Shown here: piece by piece, positions 58,622 through 64,000 of the stretch
Layout: each line of letters opens with the position of its first letter
Numbering within the stretch: position 1 is the first letter of the stretch
Origin: a virus
Lineage: Duplodnaviria; Caudoviricetes
Virus record (IMG/VR): IMGVR_UViG_3300034155_000052
Coordinates: 3,776-67,775 of that record
Length of the DNA: 64,000 nucleotides
Direction: 5' to 3' (one strand)
Translations under genes and position numbers: made by a program
Notes under the pieces: generated by a model
Databases searched by the model: none
What the model saw: only the letters and a program-made list of their open reading frames with translations
What the model was told of the DNA's origin: nothing

Positions 58622-59005
58622 ATGGCACGACCTAAGAAACAAAAGAGCGCATCAACTTCACCTGATGGTTTTCCAGAAAAGTCTTGGAATAAACTATCCG
58701 AAATCTGGAGGGATGCTGCACAGGCAAAACAAACAGAAGAATTAGAAAAGGATATTATTAAATCAGTAAGAGCTATGTCTGGTTTTAGTTTTGATATGAA
58801 AAACGATGCAAAACTAACAGATTTACAAGAAGATTTAAAAGCTCTTAAAGGTGGTTATACAGATGCTATTGGTGCTGAAAAGGCCAAGGTTGATTTTTGT
58901 GTCTATCTTTTCAATACTAGAGGACAACCAATATCATCGGATACTAAAAAGGCTGTGAAAAAAGCTTCCGATGCAGAGGTTGATGATGAAGAGACATCCG
59001 ATTAA
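58622..59005 (+). CDS. hypothetical protein
   Basis: 127-aa ORF with AAAGGA RBS. Confidence 0.7.
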   Translation: MARPKKQKSASTSPDGFPEKSWNKLSEIWRDAAQAKQTEELEKDIIKSVRAMSGFSFDMKNDAKLTDLQEDLKALKGGYTDAIGAEKAKVDFCVYLFNTRGQPISSDTKKAVKKASDAEVDDEETSD

Positions 59006-59273
59006 ATCTTGTTGTGGTAGCAGATCTTATTTATTTGAATTAGATGCACCTATTTCTAAAGAAGCGTTAAAAATATTCAAAGACGCTGGTTATGCAGTTA
59101 ATGATGTTTATACTAGAGTTGGCGTTTTTCATGTGGAAAAATCAGGTCTTATTGCTAACGGTTCTTTTGGTGGTATGAAAATTCAAGTTCGTTGTTCTGG
59201 TTCCGCTAATTGTGGTTTGTTATTAGATCATCTGGAAAATACATTCAAAATTATATCTGCTCCCAAACCTTAA
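58971..59273 (+). CDS. hypothetical protein
   Basis: 100-aa ORF with SCCG. Confidence 0.6.
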   Translation: MQRLMMKRHPIKSCCGSRSYLFELDAPISKEALKIFKDAGYAVNDVYTRVGVFHVEKSGLIANGSFGGMKIQVRCSGSANCGLLLDHLENTFKIISAPKP

Positions 59274-59636
59274 ATGCAACTTTCTTCCTTTTTTACTTAT
59301 ATTTTTGATAATGTTCCAGAAAATACTTCTTTAAATAAAATAATTACTTATATAAAAGCACATAGGGATTTACCCTATGTGCTTTTATATTTAAACAACT
59401 CTACCAAATTTCAATTATCTTTTCTAAAATTATTAGAAAGATTAATTGATACACAAGCCAATCTTGAATTAACTTGTTCTTTGGTAATATTAATAGAATC
59501 AAATATACCTAAAACAACAGACCTTGTGTCGAGAGTGCTGTCCTTACCAGATAATTGTATATTGTCCAAGTCTTTAGTTCAAAGCTATTTGATTAACCAG
59601 GAAATTTTTCATGAGAAATTACGTAAGTTTACATAA
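59274..59636 (+). CDS. hypothetical protein
   Basis: 120-aa ORF. Confidence 0.55.
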   Translation: MQLSSFFTYIFDNVPENTSLNKIITYIKAHRDLPYVLLYLNNSTKFQLSFLKLLERLIDTQANLELTCSLVILIESNIPKTTDLVSRVLSLPDNCILSKSLVQSYLINQEIFHEKLRKFT

Positions 59637-62307
59637 TCATACTACTGGATCTATTGGTGATTCTTTAATTACACCAAAAGAATTAATTGAAACAACCAAA
59701 TCATTAGGACAAACAGCCGTTGCTGTTACTGACCACGGTTCTTTATCAGCTATTTGGGATCTTTATAAACTTTCAACTAAAGCAAACGTAAAACTTATTG
59801 CTGGATGTGAATGTTATTTCGTAAATGATAATAGTGATAATGATGATACTACTTTATATCATTTAGTATTATTAGCGAAAAACGCTATTGGATATAAAAA
59901 CTTACTTACAATTAATAAACGTGGGTTTGATAAGTTTACTCTAGCCTTTAAAAGAGCAACTCCACGAATTGATTGGAATATATTAGAAGAATTTTCTGAA
60001 GGCATTATTTGTACTTCTGCTTGTGGAAATAGTATTATCGGTCAATATATTATGGCTGATCAATTACAAGAGGCCAAAACAGCTGCACAAAAATTCAAAA
60101 ATATTTTTAAAGATGATTTTGTTTTAGAATTACAACCGCATAATTTACAACATAGAGCTTCTTCTTATACTGGTCCAGTAAATCAGCAAAAAATTAATAT
60201 TGCTTTAAAAAAGATTGCTCAAGATTTAGATATTAGATGTATTGTTGCTACTGATGCTCATTATACTAAACAAGAACATCATAGAGCACATGATGTATAC
60301 CTGTGTGATTCATCTGGTCAACCAATTACTTCTGGAAATAGATTAAGATATGATAAGCATGAGTTTTATATTAAAGATAGTGATACTATATATGAATATT
60401 TTTCTAGACATATGAAAATGTGGGGAGAAGATTTTGTAGAGTCATTATTTACTAATACAATTTATTATGCTGATAAATGTGAAAGTCCAGATTGGATTGA
60501 TCCTGCAGTTTCAACGGGAGAAAAAAATCAATTACCAGAGTTTCCTTATAAAGATGAACCAGATTTAGCTCAGTTTGAAAATTGGAAATCTTCTGGTAAA
60601 TTAGTAAACCCTAATATTGATGAGGATGCTCAGTTTTATCGTTATAGAAGTGAAATTGGGCTAGAACAAAAAATTAGTGAAGGTAAAATTCCTGAAGAAG
60701 ATAGAGAGGAATGTTATTCTGCGATGTTAGAGGAATTTGATGTTTTAGAATATCGAAAATTCTCTAGTTATATGCTTATTACTGCTGGTTTTTTAAAATG
60801 GGGTAGAGAAAATGGAATTATAATTGGTCCTGGAAGAGGATCTGTTGGAGGGTCTTTAACAGCTTATGTTAATGGAATACATCAAGCATATCCTAAAAAA
60901 TATGGATTAATTTTTGCTAGGTTTCTTAATAAATATAAAGATGCTTTCCCTGATTGTGATAATGATATTGCACCATCAGGTCGTGATAAATTATATAGTT
61001 ATTTATGTGATAAATATGGTCATGAAAATGTTTGTCATGTATCTAATATAAATACAATTACTCCAAAAGTTTATGCTAGAGATATTTCTCGTGTATTTGA
61101 ATTTGGTGGAGAAGGTAGAAGTGCCGCTGTAGAAATTGGTAACAATATCGCTGACTCTTTACCTAGTGAAATACATTCTATTAAACAAGCTTTAGAAGAA
61201 GCTCCTTTATTTGCTGAATATGCTAAACAATATCCTGAATTAATTGAGTATGCTAATCTTTGCGGAATGCCACGAGCATGGAGCACTCATGCTGGTGGTA
61301 TTATTATTTCTAAAAAACCACTTACCGGATTAGTTCCTCTTAGAAGAGATCCTACAGGAGCTCTTGTACTTGAAGCTGATAAAATTACTGCAGAAGAACA
61401 AGGATTAATTAAAATTGATTTGCTAGGGTTAGAAACACTTGATATTATAAGTGATACCTATAAATTAATAGAAGACCAAGGAAAAGCATATGAAAAAGAT
61501 TTGAAAGAAAAATTTAATGATCCTGAAGTATATGATTTAATAAGTAAAGGAAATACATTTGGTGTTTTCCAATTAGAATCAACAGCTGTTCATGTATGTA
61601 AAAAAATAAAACCAAAAAACTTAGAAGATATATCTTTAATTTCAGCGTTAGTAAGACCTGCTGCAAAAGATATTATTCCTGATTTATTAAAGGTTAGGAA
61701 TGGTGAAGAAGAGATGACTTTAATACATCCTTCTTTAGAAAGAGCTTTTGGTGGTACATATGGATTTGGGCTGTTTGAAGAAAGTTTAATGTATTTGGCA
61801 TTGGATATTGGGGGCTGGAACCTACACTCTGCTGATAAGTTGAGAAAATTAACTAAAGAAAAAGGAAAGCATCCAGAGCTTGTTGCTCAATGGCGTGCTG
61901 AATTTATTAATGATTCAGTTAAGAATAATATAGAAGAAGAAATAGCTATAAAAATATGGGACGAAACTATAAATGGTTTCCAAGGATATGGTTTCAACAA
62001 ATCCCTACACTTTTTAGAAACTGTTGACATATACACATTTGATGGCAAATTTGTTATTTCCAAAGCTGTTAAAGATGTTTTGCCTGGTGAATTTGTTAGA
62101 TCAAGAGATGAGTTTACTGGTAAAGATGTTTTTATTGAAGTATTAGCTAATCATGATCATGGAGAATTAAATGTGGTAGAAATTGAATTAGATACTGGAG
62201 AAAAAGCGCGGTGTTCTACTGATCATAAATTTAGAGTTAAAGAAACAGGAGAAATGTTATCTCTTTGTGAAATTATTAAAAATGATTTATCGATAGTAGT
62301 AGGTTAA
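59611..62307 (+). CDS. dnaE: DNA polymerase III alpha subunit, N-terminal part, fused to a split-intein N-half
   Basis: PHP motifs LHNHT..S..D, VTDHG, HLVLLAKN, ATDAHY; GPGRGS.GGSL; FARFLN..K..FPD.D.D; STHAGG; KIDLLGL; GVFQLES; stops shortly after GYGFNK. Confidence 0.93.
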   Translation: MRNYVSLHNHTTGSIGDSLITPKELIETTKSLGQTAVAVTDHGSLSAIWDLYKLSTKANVKLIAGCECYFVNDNSDNDDTTLYHLVLLAKNAIGYKNLLTINKRGFDKFTLAFKRATPRIDWNILEEFSEGIICTSACGNSIIGQYIMADQLQEAKTAAQKFKNIFKDDFVLELQPHNLQHRASSYTGPVNQQKINIALKKIAQDLDIRCIVATDAHYTKQEHHRAHDVYLCDSSGQPITSGNRLRYDKHEFYIKDSDTIYEYFSRHMKMWGEDFVESLFTNTIYYADKCESPDWIDPAVSTGEKNQLPEFPYKDEPDLAQFENWKSSGKLVNPNIDEDAQFYRYRSEIGLEQKISEGKIPEEDREECYSAMLEEFDVLEYRKFSSYMLITAGFLKWGRENGIIIGPGRGSVGGSLTAYVNGIHQAYPKKYGLIFARFLNKYKDAFPDCDNDIAPSGRDKLYSYLCDKYGHENVCHVSNINTITPKVYARDISRVFEFGGEGRSAAVEIGNNIADSLPSEIHSIKQALEEAPLFAEYAKQYPELIEYANLCGMPRAWSTHAGGIIISKKPLTGLVPLRRDPTGALVLEADKITAEEQGLIKIDLLGLETLDIISDTYKLIEDQGKAYEKDLKEKFNDPEVYDLISKGNTFGVFQLESTAVHVCKKIKPKNLEDISLISALVRPAAKDIIPDLLKVRNGEEEMTLIHPSLERAFGGTYGFGLFEESLMYLALDIGGWNLHSADKLRKLTKEKGKHPELVAQWRAEFINDSVKNNIEEEIAIKIWDETINGFQGYGFNKSLHFLETVDIYTFDGKFVISKAVKDVLPGEFVRSRDEFTGKDVFIEVLANHDHGELNVVEIELDTGEKARCSTDHKFRVKETGEMLSLCEIIKNDLSIVVG
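62002..62304 (+). mobile_element. 101-aa N-terminal half of a naturally split intein (Ser1)
   Basis: Begins SLHFLETVD right after FNK; block B CSTDHKFRV; stop at 62305..62307 with no block F/G. Confidence 0.8.
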
Positions 62308-62311
62308 TTGT

Positions 62312-64000
62312 ATGTCAAAAAAACTAATAAATATTATTGAATTAGTAAACAAATATAAAAATTATATTAAAGTTGATTTGCCAATAAAATCATCAAGTAT
62401 TATAGAATATACTCATCCTAAATGTGGTCATCGATACACAACAACATTAAATTTATTCTTTAGTAGAAAACAGTTTGAATATTGTAGTTGTTGTATAAAA
62501 AAAATAAAAAACCCTATACCACTTCAATATCAAGATAATATTGTGTATCTTGATGATTTTAATATTTGTGGTATGAAAACCAGAATTGAATATAAAAATC
62601 CATTTTGTGGTCATATATCCAATTCAACTATTAGTGGTTTTTTACAAAGACGACAATTTGAACGATGTTCAAATTGTGTAAATAGAACTATATTAGATTA
62701 TTTGATTAAAATTCCAGAACAATATCATAATTGTTTTCTTATAAAACCACAAAAAACAAATTCATTAATTAAATTTAAACATCCTGGTTGTGGACATATT
62801 ACAGAAATATCTTTTCGATCATTTTCTCAAAGGTCTACTTTTGAGTATTGTCAGAAATGTAGATATATTAAAAATATTTTTCCTTTAGATTATTATCTTA
62901 ATAAAATACCAAAAGAATATCATAACAATATTTCTGTTATAGGTATTTGGAATGGAAGTCTTACGAATATACGTTATATTCATCCTGTATGCGGACATGA
63001 GACACAAACAACAATAGGAACATTTGTAAATAGATCTGGTTTTGATATTTGTCTAGATTGTTTTATTCCTAATAAATTAACTAAGGATCATATTAACAAT
63101 GAACTAATGCCTTTTATAAATAATATCCAAATACAAGACACTGAATTTAATCAGAATATTATCATTTCTGCAAAATGTAAAAACTGCGAATCTGATATTT
63201 TAGAAAAATATTCTAATTTAAGATCTTATTATAAAAAATATAATAAACCGCAGTGTAAACACTGCTGTCCAAAAAGCTTCTATCAACAAGAATTATATAA
63301 TTTTATAAGTAATATATGTAATAAAAAAATACTTTATGATGATCGAACTACAATAAAAATTAATAATAAAAATAATGAACTTGATATTTTTGTTCCTGAA
63401 TTAAAGTTCGCGATAGAATATAATGGTATTGTATGGCACGATAATAAACATAAAAATAAAAATTATCATTTTGAAAAAACTAAAGAATGTATTAAGCAAG
63501 GCATATCTTTATTACATATTTGGGATGATCTTTATATGTCTAAAAAAGACATTTATCATTCTATTATTAAAGTAAAATTAGGTTTAATTATTTCAAAAAT
63601 TTTTGCTAGAAAGACAATTATTAGAGAATTATCAAAAAGTCAACTAAAAGAATTTTTTGATAATAATCATTTAGATGGACATTCTGGATGTATAACTGGA
63701 TGGGGATTGTTTTATAATAATATTTTAGTACAAGCTATTTCGGTTAGAAAAGTTAATAGTCAAAATAACAAATATAAAGGTTTTTTGGAAATAGCACGAG
63801 AAGCTACATTGATAGACCATTTAGTAGTTGGTGGAGAATCTAAACTATTATCAGAGGTTGAAAAATATGCTATTAAAAATTATTATCGTGGTATTTTAAA
63901 TTATGTTAGTTGTGAATTTGGTGGTTTTCCAAAACAAAAATGGAAATTTGTATTTAATGGATTAACTCCAGTCTCATATTTTTATACAGATACACATAAA
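62312..64000 (+). CDS. free-standing homing-endonuclease-like protein (runs off window)
   Basis: Hand-translated open frame: four (H/N)PxCGH...C..C repeats, then ELDIFVPELKFAIEYNGIVWH...LLHIWDD (Vsr/DUF559-like) and an IFARKT..FF..NHL.G tail. Confidence 0.8.
   Translation, partial: MSKKLINIIELVNKYKNYIKVDLPIKSSSIIEYTHPKCGHRYTTTLNLFFSRKQFEYCSCCIKKIKNPIPLQYQDNIVYLDDFNICGMKTRIEYKNPFCGHISNSTISGFLQRRQFERCSNCVNRTILDYLIKIPEQYHNCFLIKPQKTNSLIKFKHPGCGHITEISFRSFSQRSTFEYCQKCRYIKNIFPLDYYLNKIPKEYHNNISVIGIWNGSLTNIRYIHPVCGHETQTTIGTFVNRSGFDICLDCFIPNKLTKDHINNELMPFINNIQIQDTEFNQNIIISAKCKNCESDILEKYSNLRSYYKKYNKPQCKHCCPKSFYQQELYNFISNICNKKILYDDRTTIKINNKNNELDIFVPELKFAIEYNGIVWHDNKHKNKNYHFEKTKECIKQGISLLHIWDDLYMSKKDIYHSIIKVKLGLIISKIFARKTIIRELSKSQLKEFFDNNHLDGHSGCITGWGLFYNNILVQAISVRKVNSQNNKYKGFLEIAREATLIDHLVVGGESKLLSEVEKYAIKNYYRGILNYVSCEFGGFPKQKWKFVFNGLTPVSYFYTDTHK

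Noticed and set aside
1832-61286. Short minus-strand and nested ORFs in the track (for example 1832-, 5512-, 18196-, 39784-, 45987-)
   Set aside because: Antisense shadows of well-supported + strand genes with no motifs
1-64000. Alternative genetic code (TAG/TGA reassignment) or a cellular origin
   Set aside because: Long conserved genes are intact in code 11 and TAG/TGA fall at plausible gene ends; phage-type genes, one-strand layout and absence of housekeeping operons favour a jumbo phage

Overview
AT-rich, densely coding window, almost all on the + strand (only Hsp20 and a Dda/RecD2-like helicase are on -). It reads as part of a jumbo/huge dsDNA phage genome in standard code 11. It carries replication/repair genes (DnaE, TopA, SbcCD, helicase, dNMP kinase, dUTPase, UDG, PD-(D/E)XK nuclease) and host-like translation/proteostasis genes (bS21, peptide deformylase, trigger factor, ClpP, Hsp20, DksA, two HU-like proteins), with no rRNA, tRNA or ribosomal operon. 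Main highlights: (1) Three TnpA-less IS200/IS605-family elements encode HNH-less IscB relatives (IsrB) with upstream omega-RNA-like scaffolds, plus an orphan right end. Their junctions let the insertion sites and an ATGR TAM be reconstructed. One splits a gene in frame, one splits a sigma70 -10 box, and one has lost its right end to a 38-bp recoded copy of its own guide/target that restores the disrupted gene. (2) DnaE ends in a Ser-starting split-intein N-half followed by a free-standing endonuclease. (3) A LAGLIDADG intein sits in an RlaP/YcgL-like nucleotidyltransferase. (4) Seven paralogues of a 22-aa Trp-repeat protein have hypervariable positions. (5) A recurrent GTTTTTACCAAARAA motif occurs at gene junctions in both orientations. 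All family assignments are by motif recognition by eye; no database searches were run.
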